Shown in pieces: positions 37,802 to 49,777 of a stretch of 64,000 nucleotides of DNA. The stretch comes from Camelus ferus (Eukaryota). Both the position numbers and the translations under genes were made by a program. The stretch's first letter is position 1; each line of letters opens with the position of its first letter. The DNA lies in assembly GCF_009834535.1 (NCBI RefSeq), contig NC_045697.1, positions 117,864,001 through 117,928,000 of the forward strand, given 5' to 3'. The notes under the pieces are model-generated. The model searched no databases, had not been told where the DNA came from, and saw only the letters and a list, made by a program, of their open reading frames with translations.

Positions 37802-40800
37802 TTAAAATTTTAGAATTTTCATGCTATTTTCAAAAATTATTTATAGAAACAAGTATTTCCCAGTCATGCCCCGTTAGTAAATAATAGAAAAGAAATTCAT
37901 GCAAATTGATGCCACACGAAACACATTCAGCTTTATGATTATGTGTAAGGGGTTAATAACTAGTCTTTGGTTTTTGTTCCCTTCGTGCTGGAAGAGAAGA
38001 AAAAAAAAGGCCTGGTAGATTAGCAGTGAGAGATTGGGAAGAAATGAAGCAAAACTGAAGTAAAACAGTACGAGCTTGTTTCTGCTTGGAGGCCACACAC
38101 AATGAGAGCCCCACGCACAGTTCAGCTCTCTCTGAAGGAGAAGAGCATTTCTTGTTTAATTCTGGAGTAATTTATGGTAGATTACGTATGTTTTACTCTG
38201 GGGACTGCAGCATGAGCACCATGATTTTAAAATGTTAAGAAATCTCCAGGAGCTGAGAGGCACCGTCTTTTCTCCTACTACCAGAAACCCTTATGAAAAA
38301 ATTTTATTCTTTTTTAAAAATCTCAGCCTCCGTGTAAAGTACATCGCACGGTTTTGTCAGGTGGTTACTTCACGAAGCTGTACCCGTGTTTGAAATGAAA
38401 TACACAAATCCAAATGTGAATATTTTTACAGCTTTTTCCCTCTCTATATAGAACTATTCTTCTTGAGTATAATTTTACTTGTAATCCGCACTTGCTTAAA
38501 TGGTGATGAGAGTTGAGGATTTTCTTTTTCTCCAAGCTGGCTAACATTCTGAAGGGTTTTTAAACTACTGTGGCTTTCTTGGAAAACGGTTTGATTGAAT
38601 ATTCTATTTTTTAAGAGTTTTCACCTTAAGCTTTCTGGTCAGAAGTAATACCATAGTATTTTCAACAGTGTATTTGCTCTCACTTTCAACCTAATGAATG
38701 GATCAATTTAGATGAAAAGCAATGGAAATTACAGCTTCCATGCCATTAGATTCCTTATATTTAGATTTTTTCTTTATTGCCTGAAAAGGGGCGGGTGGGG
38801 GAATGAATGAACTGAAAGCTTTAAGTTGCTTCCCAGTTTTTTCTATTGTTTTTATGGTTTTTACTTGTTCTTTTTAAATATGTATAACCACTGGCACCTG
38901 TTGGATATCACATATTTTTATTCTTATTAGTGAAATTACATCCAGACACTGATGTACATGAGAGAGGGGTACTATTTCTGCGGTCAGTTATAACCCCAAC
39001 TGTGTGTTTTCCTGAAGAGCGATCTTGTAAAGGACTTGGGTCGAGGGTGAAGTCGTGCTCGGCCAGTGCTGGCTGCCGAGGGTGTGTGGTTTCTTGGGGC
39101 AAAGGCTTAGAAGGACACTTGATGCTCGAGGTGCCACTAAGGAATGCATGACCGATTGCCAAAGTAGTTATTAATTATGCAGGATGCAGAGAACAAAGCA
39201 GCTCAGTGCATATTGGTGTTGGGGGAAGAAGGAAAGGGCTGGGTATTTTTCCCCATCCCTTCTGGGTCTGCCAGTAGGGTTATCAGTGTTAATATCTCAT
39301 AAAAAAAAAAAAAAAAGTCTTACCTGAGGCCAAGTTTGCTTTTATGTTCAGGGTAAGAAAAATTCCAGCCAACTCTCAAACAAGGCATCCGGTTCACTAG
39401 TTCACTTTCTCAGGGAAAGAAAAAAAAAAAAAGCAGCCGGGCTAGGGGGGAAAAAAAAACACAACACTTAGAGAAATATCACAGCCCAAATCCCTCAGGA
39501 AAAAAGTGTCAGATAATATACTTAGGATTTGTAAAAATCCTAAATCCTTGTAACAAACTCCTGCCCTCCCATATTATTACATTCAACTGATTTGATCAAG
39601 TAAAACTTTAGGTTCAAACCTTTCAAAATAAAGTTTCATGTACCTTCTGAGACAGTTAAGAGGAAATTTTGTTCTCTGAATTTTTTGGTAAGAGAGCATA
39701 GAAGTATCTCCAGTATTGCATGTCTAAACTGCAGCCTGACACGCTTTGGGATGATACGATTTTTATTAAAATATACAATGTATTTGTATCTTTATGCAGG
39801 GAGTCTTGAGGTGGCAGCATTTTATTGCGTCAAAGAAATGATGCAGTTGTTTTTGCAGAGGCTAAACTCTTACTTGCCTAAGAGATGTTTAAGATGTTTT
39901 TTCAGCCAACCTCGCCGCCCGGACCACCACGCACTCTTTCACGCGAAGAGCATGGTCTCTCTTCCGTATCTACTGATTCTTTTTGCCCTACCTAATTCCT
40001 GGCCCTCTAAGAATGAATTTCACAGACAGTGTGATTTGTAGTTAGCAAAGGCAGCTGTTAGTATAGCAGGAGGGGTAAAAGGCAGACAGACCGTTTTAAG
40101 TTGATATACAAGGGGCATGTAAATTAGAATTTAGACTAATTGAAAGCTCAGAAGTTGATTCACATTTTACCTCTAAAGCCTCAAAGATTTAAAAGCTTAG
40201 TGTTAACGCGGCAACTCAACCCAATGGGAAGAACTGTCCTCTGGAAGTAAGTTTGTTATAATTTAAAATGATAAAATACTTTTCTTTAATACCCCCAACC
40301 ATTTGCCTGTTAATGCTTTCAGCATTTATTGAAGAGTATGTGATGATATACTTTATTATGAGATAATTCAAAGATGTGTATGCTATTGCTCTGTGTCTCT
40401 GAGAACTTCGCTTGTTTTGGAGAAGAAATAGACACACCTGTGGAAAATACAGTATGTGATTGTGTCCTGTTAGTGGTTGGGAAAGATTTTGAGAAGGAAG
40501 AGAGGCAGTTATTGAGAGCAGAGTGGATCTCATCACTCTTAGATTAAAGGGAAAAAAAGAACCAGCAAACAAACAAAACCCCTGAGACTTGCCGGGTGTA
40601 AGTTTGATAACAACTATATTATAAAAACCTGTCACAAGCTGATTAAAATGTATATTACTAGATGTCAGAGATTAGGATTCTCTGGTTCAGGAGCGATGCC
40701 CAGTTCTCTGTATTTTCATCAAACTTGCTTAGAGATTCTGACCTAGGAAAGATACTTCCACCCTGAACTCGGGGGAAGAAATTGCTCTACACTGTATATT

Positions 40801-43698
40801 GGGCAGGATGTAGCAAGTTTTGGGGGAAATATTTTTTAGAATCAAGCAAGCATGAATATTTTGTGGAACAGACTGGAAACTGCTTGCATATTTTCTAGCT
40901 GGCATCCCCATGTGTTCTCTATTTTCAGGATTGCAGACAGAGTGGGATGTCCTGGTAGAATTAGATGGATGGATTTCAGTGTTTAGTCTTTGCATTTATT
41001 GTACCGACTTTTCTAAGTTATATGTGAAAGCCTGTCAGTTTTGTCAACTGTCCACGTCCGTTGCCCGTGGAGCCAGGACAGATGACCACCTGCCGCCTTT
41101 CCTGGGGTTCCAGGAGCTGGTCCGGCACTAGGGCACAGTTCCGGACGATATATCCTTTCGTTCCCAGGTATGAGATGCTCTCAGTAAACAAGACAGTGCC
41201 AACCATCGAGAAATGTTTCCTTCTCCTCCTCTTTGTTTCAACATGTAATTTTAATTTTCATCTGACACATACGTGTACGTCATTTTAAGAGACAATTATT
41301 TCCCTTGGGCTGGTGACAGACACAGCGGTCGCCCCCACTTTCCCTGCCCCGACCACTGTCCCGCTCCCTTGGAGACAGACCCTCCCAGCTCTTGTTATCT
41401 GGTCCTCTGAGAACTGACCTTCACCCTCAGGTCACGCACTTTGCTTGTGATGTCCTGCATCTTTGGTTTTAATAATTATTTGTGGATTCACATCTATTGA
41501 CTTCAGACTCTGCAAGGTGAGGCTCTCCCGTTCTTCACATCACCCCATCCTCCACCTAGGTCCTAATCACACGAAGACCCACGTGCACTGTGCATCTGGT
41601 ATCCGCAGAATCGTTCTTCTCAGTTGAGCCATGAAGCTTTGGTTCCATTTCCTTTCCTGCCCTGTGTTGTGTTTTCTGTTCCCTAGAGTTGTGTCATTTC
41701 GGGGTTTGCTTAGCTTTCTCTATGTTTATCACCGATTCATCCCCAAACCATCCCTCAAATGGTGTGGAGCTCAATACAGTCAGATGTGTTAGGTTTCCTG
41801 CTGGTGTCATCTTCTGGAAGAAATCCCTGCTGAAACAGTCGGGGCTCCTCCGCTTTGGGCTGGTTGTCCCCAAACCTGCTGCACAGCTGTCATCCCTGGG
41901 GTCTCCTCCATCCCTGTCCTGAGTATTTCCTTGGCCACCTTCGTGAGTTACATCCATTGTCTGCAGAATCTTCTGTCTTCCTCTCTTCATTTACTTCTTG
42001 TTTGTGGAGGGAGTAAGGCCCCCATGAATTTCCTGGAAAGAAAAGAAAGAGGAAATGTCTGCGACCTTGCATAACTGAAAATGCCTTTATTGAACCCTCG
42101 AACTTGAATACGTGGCTCAGTCTAGAATGAGTTGACTGTTTGGAAGCTGACTGGACATCCTGTGCACCTGATGGGGCTTGCTGACGTCGCTGTTTGCTGT
42201 CCTGTGAGCTGTCCTGTCACGCTAGTTTCTTGAAACCCCCCAGACTCCTCTCACCTCTTTTCTGAGGGCATAATCCCGCCAGTTCTCTGGGTTGAGAGCT
42301 GCGTAGAGTAAGACTGAGAGACTCAGCGTTCAGTAGAAAGGTTTTTTCTCAGCCTCCTCCACACCCCACATTCAGAACAGCATCCCTGCTTCCAGCTCGG
42401 CTGGGCTTCCCGGACCATAGATCCTCAGGTTTATTCTGTTCAGGGAACACGTCTGAGCAGGGAGGACATCATTCTTCTCCCCAGCAGGGGTGTCGGTCTG
42501 GGGCGTCTGATGGCTTCGGGATCCCAGCCCGTCCTCGCGCTTTCAGCCTCCCTGTCATGACCGGGGTCGTAGGTACCTGATGCCACGTGGTCCCAGAGCT
42601 TTTGGGTGGTTCTTCCGTGTAACACAGATGATTCCTGGCTTTGCCTCCTGCTGAACTGTCAGATCCACCAAGGCAAGGTCTCCACATCCACCTGCTTTTC
42701 CGTTTTCAAAATTTTATCTCAGTTGGCTCCTTTCCAATTTTCTTTAACTTTAACTAATTGTGCATTTAAAAAATACCTTTAGAACAGAACCTACACCACA
42801 ATCTTTTCCCTTTTTTTTCCATTTATTCATATAACAAAGTCCTTATTAAACACTAAGGTTATATTTGCTCAACAAAATATTGAGAAAGTCAGCACAGTAT
42901 ATCAAAGACTCAGTGCGAGCAGATACCAGCCTCTGTAACTGGCTTTTGGAAAGGACCCTCCGTTATCCCCCCAGGCCGGATAAAATTAGCCCCTGCAGAA
43001 GTTACTCTGCATTGATTATGTTAATATTATATTTACTTTTTTACAGTAGAGAGGCAAAGAGGGCTTGATTAGCTATTTAACACTTTCTGAACTGTGTTTC
43101 AGTATTAGTAGTAACCACTAGAACACCAACCATGATTTATTCCTTACACATATCAGTTGTAACCAAACAACTCCGTATATAATCCATACATTTGGGAAAA
43201 CGCTATCCTTAAAAACAGTCTTCAAATATTCACCTGCTTGAGTAGCGCTATTTGTGTATTTGAATGTTTCAGACATTAAAACTGGAGTTTCACAACTTTT
43301 CCCTATTCCTTTAACTAAGGTGACACACTTGGAGTGTCGTTTATTTAAGGTTACTTTGAAACCACATGAATCTGCTTTTCTCTATACTATAACCATCAGT
43401 TTTACATCCTGTGACAGTCTTAGAACAAAACTAAAAGGTGAGTGCAATCAGTGTTATGTACTTCTGAAGAGGTTGATTTTTGAAAGTCAGGTGTGTTCTA
43501 AACATACTTTGGAAAGGAAGTGCGTAATGTGATCAGCTTGGAAATAGTTGAATCAGGCAGAGGAGGATGGACGTATATTGAAGGATGCACTAGGCTTGAG
43601 GGGTGTTTTCATATCCTTTCATCCCCGTAATGCAATGTTACCACCGTTTTGCAGAGTGTAATTCAGAGAAGTGAGGATATTAATTAAGGTTTTCCTAC

Positions 43699-44256
43699 TA
43701 TTGCAGAAAAATGTGTTACAGCTCAGTTGTGACAGCAACCTGGCTCTGGGTAACAGACCAAGCAGCACTCGGAGAGTTGGAGGTTTATTATGCCAGCAAG
43801 CCCAGAAGAGTTAACACTCCAAGCTCTGGACCCCGTCTATAGGTTTACACAGGCCTTTTATAGGCTTCCAGTTTTACACTTGGCAACATCATATGCAAAT
43901 AAAGTATACCAGAAGTTGACCAACCAGGAACAAGCTTTGTAGAAATAGACCAATCAGGAGTGAGAGAAATAACCAATCAGGAGTGAACTCCATGCAAATG
44001 AAGTACTACAAGTGGACCAATCAGAAGTTAGGGAAGTGGACCAATCAGAAGTGAGAGTAATAACTAATCAGGAGTGAAGGAAATAACCAATCAGAAGTGA
44101 GCTCAGGGAACCAATAGAATTTTAGGGGTAAGTAAGCCATTTCAGAGGCAAAAAGTGAGATAGAGCCTGTGGGCCAGGGAGCTGGATGGTGCTGGCAGGA
44201 GAGTAGTGGCCCTGCTTGGGGGTCCTGCCGGTCTTTTTATGAGGCTTCCCGCCTCA
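43699..44256 (-). mobile_element. Solo LTR (ERV1-like, 558 bp), antisense to PDGFC
   Basis: The minus strand starts TGAGGCGGG and has a CCAAT array, TATAAAA (43856-43862) and AATAAA (43784-43789) in U3-R order. It ends ...CTGCAATA rather than the canonical CA. 4-bp TSD ctac at 43695-43698 and 44257-44260. Confidence 0.8.
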
Positions 44257-46567
44257 CTACTTCTGTTGAAAGCCAGGCTGCCTCTAGACTGGTTTGGGAA
44301 ATATATTAGAAAGGAGAAGCAAATGTATTCCCATTAAAACACCTGAGTGTAATTTCTGTTGATTATGGTGTCATGGATACTTTAGGAGCTTTGAGAAGTT
44401 GGTGAACTAAATCAGAATTCACCAATTTGGTAAAAAAATTCTAGTGGTAATAAATATCAACGGTTATCATCCTCTCTCCACACAGTTCCCTTTAAAATGC
44501 AAACAAGACAGGTGTTTCTTTAAGAGTCACTTTCAAAGTAAACACAGTGTTAAGGCAAAAAAGTAAAAATGCATATGAAGTCAATATTTCACTGATAAGA
44601 TTTCACCGATCAGTCAAATTCCATCACTATTGAGAAATTACACAGTTACATGTAAGCACCCCAGCGATCTTTTCAGCCCCAGAGCAGCTTTTCAGAAAGT
44701 GATCATCAAGGAAGCCTGGGAGGCTACAATTCATATAAAGAAATAGGAAAATAAAATTGGAATACAGGCGTTAACTAGGCAAACGAGACTTCCTGGAAAG
44801 TCTATGAAGCACCTACGTGGTGTGTCACTCACTCTGGAATACAGAGGACACAGCATTTTTGGTTTGAAATTAAGCACTTTGTGCCCAGTGTCTGAAATAT
44901 GCTAGCCTCTTGATAAGATTTCACGCAGATGCAAGTGGAAACACATAAGACTAATGTGGGGCAGGGAGATGCTACTTGGCAGTTGTTTGCACAATCACTG
45001 CCTGGAGGCCCCAAGACACCCGCTGAACTGGGGGAGGAGATCTCTGCACCAGGATGTCTTGGTGTCTCGGCCCCAGGGCAGAGGTTCTGCACCTGCCTGG
45101 GTGTTTCCACTCTGGTTAAGGAAGTCAGCTTTTGTGTAAGTGTGAGTAAAAGCCGTTATGGAAATGCTTTCCCCACTGCAAGCAGTAATTCAGGAGCTGG
45201 ATAAAGGCTGTCATCTGTTGCCTGAAAATACTCTATGAATTGTCTTAAGTACTTCCAAAGCAGGTTTGCTTAAGAAAGCTAAGATTTACATTAAAAGCCT
45301 TTTCTTTTTTTTTTCCCGCCCCTTGGGAAGAATAATGGAAAAGGCTCTGAGGTGGCAATTATCTAAGACTTTCAGATGAAATCTGAGCAGGGAACTGGGA
45401 CTCAGCGTGGGTAACTCCAAGTCAGCCTGTGCAAGGGTCTGATGACTTCTTTGAAATTGTGCTTTTAGATTTCATAGCATTGCTAAAGAGGAAATGCCTT
45501 TTTCCAGAAGAATAACATTCTGATGGAGTTCTTTTTTTTTAAAGGCATTTTCCTGCCAGGTCTAAGTTAATGAAATAGTATTAAGTATAATTAGTTGTTT
45601 TAGGAAAAGACATGCTAAAGACACTGGATTGTTCCAGAGACAGAGACAGTGCCTGCCAAGACTTGACCTCCCATGCTTGAGTGAGGCGATGTTAAGACAT
45701 GACATGTCCTTTGGGTGAGATTCTTTAGAAACCATCTCAAACCTTCTGACAGAAATGTTTTGCTTTCTTTTGGGAACCTGATGAGTGATGCTTTGTGGTT
45801 TTCTAACCCCAGCGCTGCTCACAGTAGTAAAGAGAACCCCTGGGTCCACCCAGGTTGACGGTGTTTTGTTTTTAAAGCCAGGGGACCCCTCTCAGACTTG
45901 GTCTTCTCCTGACTTCCCCCTGAATGTAATGTTTTTGTGCTGCTTTGTCACCTTTGGGAACTCCAAAAATTACTCCATGAGCAGACGTCAGGAAGGGTGC
46001 AGCTGACGGAAGTCTATGATGGTGACAGAACATTAATTAAGTGACAGTACTGATTAAGAATTGTGCATTTGGACTGCAGAGTTAAATCGGTTCCCCAACA
46101 TCTTGGAATCATGCATTTCATTTACCCTAAAAGGTTCTGTTTTCTCTTCCGATGGAACTCCTCCTTACCCAGGAGGGCTTCGCTGTCGGCCCTGGCTGGC
46201 CGCAGTCCCTGCGGTGTGAGTGGTGTGACATCCTTCTGCGTCACTGAGCAATTCAAGGGCCTGAAGGCTTTAGAAGCACCATCTTGGACCTTCTGTTGCA
46301 GGCCCTTTGCATCTGTTTTTTTCTTCTTTATTTAGACTGCAAGGCAGTGGCCAAATGCAATTTAGCTTAAGTAGGTGCTCAAGTCATTTGACTTGGAGAA
46401 ATGTGTGATGTTGTTTTTTAGCTGTAGTTTTGTATTAAGCTGATTTTTACAACTCCAGCCTTCCTACGTAGATCATAGAAGTACACAGACCCATTTCTTT
46501 AATATCTGCTACTGGCTTGGGTTGTAGATACAGGTCATCTTGTTTATTCTTTGTAATAACTCTATGA

Positions 46568-46723
46568 GGGGGGAGAGTGTAGCTCCGTGGCAGGGCGCAT
46601 GCTTAGCGGGCACGAGATCCTGGCTTCAATCCCCAGTGCCTCCATCAAAGTAAATAAATAAACCTAATTACCTACACCCTAAAAATTAAATAAATAAAAC
46701 AAATTTTTTTTAATTTTTAAATA
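46568..46723 (+). mobile_element. Vic-1-like SINE inserted in a MIR relic
   Basis: ggggagagtgtagctccgtggcagggcgcatgcttagc...ttcaatccccagtgcctcc. TSD core aataactct at 46555 and 46724. MIR-like attattcccattttac follows. Confidence 0.87.
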
Positions 46724-48876
46724 AATAACTCTTAGGAGAAATTATTCCCATTTTACCTGGGAGAAAATAAACTCAGAAAAATAGGAAGCTTGACTAAGGC
46801 GCAGAGCAAATACATAGGGAAAAATTTATAGTCAAACCATGAATCTCACCCACCGTGTATGATATCCCTAATCAACTTTCCCCAGTAAGAACTTTTTCTT
46901 AACATTTTATTTGGAGAAAACTGCAAGTTGACCTTCATTTGTAAGAAAGAGCCCCGTACCCTCCACCTGATTTTCCCCAAGGGCGGCATCTTATGTGGCT
47001 CTCCATAGGGCAGTATCACGACAGTGACGCTGACACAGCCCCCTGACCTCCAAAAGACATTTTTGAATGAAAATGCATGACACCGTAGTAGGTAGTACAT
47101 GAAAGTGTTCTGTGAAAAGACTCAGAAATAAAGGTTAAAAGGATGTTTTGTGAATCTGTAGTTTTTAAAACGCCTCCATCGAGACGAACAAGAGAGTACA
47201 CATTTTTGTATCACTCGGTGGCTTCAGAATTTCAGCTGAAGCCAGGAGGGGAGCTTCTCATCATCTCCTTCATCTGAAAGTCAGTAGTGCGGCACAGAAC
47301 CATCCTTTGCAGCTGGGAGGAGGACATCTATCATAGACGAAAGCTTACAAAACCAAAAATAATACCGCCCATCACCCCTCGGGACCTGGGATTCAGAGTG
47401 AGTGTGGGAAACCTCGTCGCTATAAATACATCCGTGAGTAAGGCCCTGCTGCCTCTGAGACAGAGACGAATGAACTTTTAGGATGCTGAGAGCCCGAGAT
47501 ATAATCTATAGCTTTAAACTGATGTCAGGATTCAGAACTGATTGCTTGAAAAGCCCATCACTTCCCCAGAATAGACTGATGACTTCAGGGCTACTAGATC
47601 TGTTCTCATGCAGAATGTGTGTAATTTGGTTCCAATAGGTATGGTATGTGGGAATATTTCCATAGTCCGCGGAACTGTACCATTTGTAAGGTTAAGCTAT
47701 TACAGAAGCAAAATACAGTAGCATGCGATGTTTTCCAGGTATGTTTTAACCCTAGAATTCAGTGGAATCCAGCTTACGAACACCCTGGGGCTGATTTTTT
47801 ATTTAGGTCACGACCTTTTCTTTAAGTAAGGATATGCCACTTTGAAGTCTTGATGTATTTCTTCCAAGAATCACAGCCATGATGCTTTAATGTTGACTTG
47901 CAGTTGACTTTAAGTCAACCTGAGAACTCAAAACTACCTTTCGAAGCAGACGAAGTGCAGAATTCCTGTAGGATGCTGTGAGGTTTTTCCCTCCTGTGCC
48001 CTGTCTGTCATCCCTACCTGAACAGCATCTTTGTATAGTAACTCATTTGGGATGGAATCCTTCCAAAGCGTGTTCATCTAAGTTTTCAAAGAGGCGACAG
48101 CCTCTGTTTGACTGGGTTACATAATGTATAAGTAAGGAGCGTTACAGGAACAAGTACCATTGATAGGAACAGTTTGGGGAACAAATACAGGTATTTCTTG
48201 GTAACCATCAAATCCAGCTGGTGGAGCAGAAAGGATGCCGGTAGCATTCTGTGGGTTATGGGAATCGTGGGTCTGCATGCTTTGCACGACAGGAAAGTTA
48301 CCTGAAGCAGGAGGCCACTTGAGTGAAGGTCGGCTGAGATAATGCCTCTTGTCCTTTGTCCAGTTTTCAGATGGCTACTGCCTGATGCTGTGTCCCTGGA
48401 AAACTGGAAATGAAATGAGTGGGGCCAATGGAAACGTCGTTGGTAACTGCCTTCGTGTGTCTGTCAAGGCGGGAACGGTCTGCCCGGCACACTGTAGACG
48501 GGGAATGCATTTTTAGTCTCTTCTGTCAGTTTTCCTATGATTTAGCTTCACTGTGTTTTGAGCTTTAGAGGATAGCTTGACCCCTGGAAGTTACTTAGTT
48601 TGAAGGAGTGAGTTTTCTACTAGGGAGCTGCCCTTTAAGGAGAACTCCGGGTGAAGATTTCGAAGGAGATAGTTTTATCTTATTGAACAAGTAAAATGAC
48701 TTATGAAACATATTAGATATTCACCAGAGTAGTGGGGGAGCGGGCTTTCCTTTTTTTCCTTCCCTTTCCTCCTTCCTTCCTTAATGTTTGACTTTTGTTA
48801 TTTTGAAGTTAGTATCTCACTCTGTGTTTACTTAGGGAAATGCCATGCTTTCTTGTTTGTTTTTCAACTCTCCTTG

Positions 48877-49777
48877 TTTTGTTTTGTTTTTATTGAAGCA
48901 TAGTCAGTTTACAATGTTGCATCAGTTTCTGGTGTACAGCATAATGTTTCAGTCACACATATAAATACATGTATTTGTTTTCATATTCTTTTTCATTACA
49001 AGTTACTACAAGATATTGAATATAGTTCCCTGTGCTATACACAAGAAACTTATTGTTTATCTGTTTTATATATAGTAGTTAGTATCTGCAAATCTCAAAC
49101 CCCCAATTTATCCCTTCCCACCTCGTTCCCCTCCTGGTAACCATAAGTTTGTTTTCTGTGTCTGTGAGTCTGTTTCAGTTTTGTGAATAAGTTCATTTGT
49201 CCTTTTTTTAGATTCCACATATAAGTGATACCATATGATATTTGTCTTTCTCTTTCTGGCTTACTTCACTTAGAATGTCAATCTCTAGGTCCACCCATGT
49301 TGTTGCAAATGGCATTATTTTATTATTTTTTATGGCAGAGGAGTATTCCATTGTATAAATATACCACAATTTCTTTATCCAGTCATCTGTTGATGGACAT
49401 GTAGGATGTTTCCGTGTCTTGGCTGTTGTAAATAGTGCTGCTATGAACACTGGGGTGCAGATGTCTTTTCGAATTAGAGTTCCCTCCAGATATATGCCCA
49501 GGAGTGGGATTGCTGGATCATAGGGTACACCTATTTTCAGTCTTTTGAGGAATCTCCACATTGTTTTCCACAGTGGCTGCATCAAACTTCATTCCCACCG
49601 GCAGTGCAGGAGGGCTCCCTTTTCTCCACAGCCTCTCTGGCATTTATCTTTTGTGGACTTTTAAATGATGGCCATTCTGACTGGTGTAAGGTGATGATAT
49701 CTTATTGTAGTTTTGATTTGCATCTCTCTGATAATTAGTGATACGGAGCATTTTTTTCATGTGCTTATTGGTCATTT
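48877..49777 (-). mobile_element. 5'-truncated L1 (ORF2 C-terminus plus 3' UTR)
   Basis: ORF 49208-49585(-), [30 protein letters not shown]...WYIYTMEY...HMVSLICGI, is the canonical L1 ORF2p C-terminus. Confidence 0.95.

Noticed and set aside
39522..39543. Perfect hairpin ttaggattt-gtaa-aaatcctaa (and gttgactt-t-aagtcaac at 47903-47919)
   Set aside because: Inverted repeats with 8-9 bp arms are expected by chance in 64 kb of AT-rich DNA, and nothing else supports a function.
49208..49585. Functional reverse-transcriptase gene
   Set aside because: Only the C-terminal ~125 aa of L1 ORF2 is present, in a 5'-truncated copy with no endonuclease or RT domain and no promoter.
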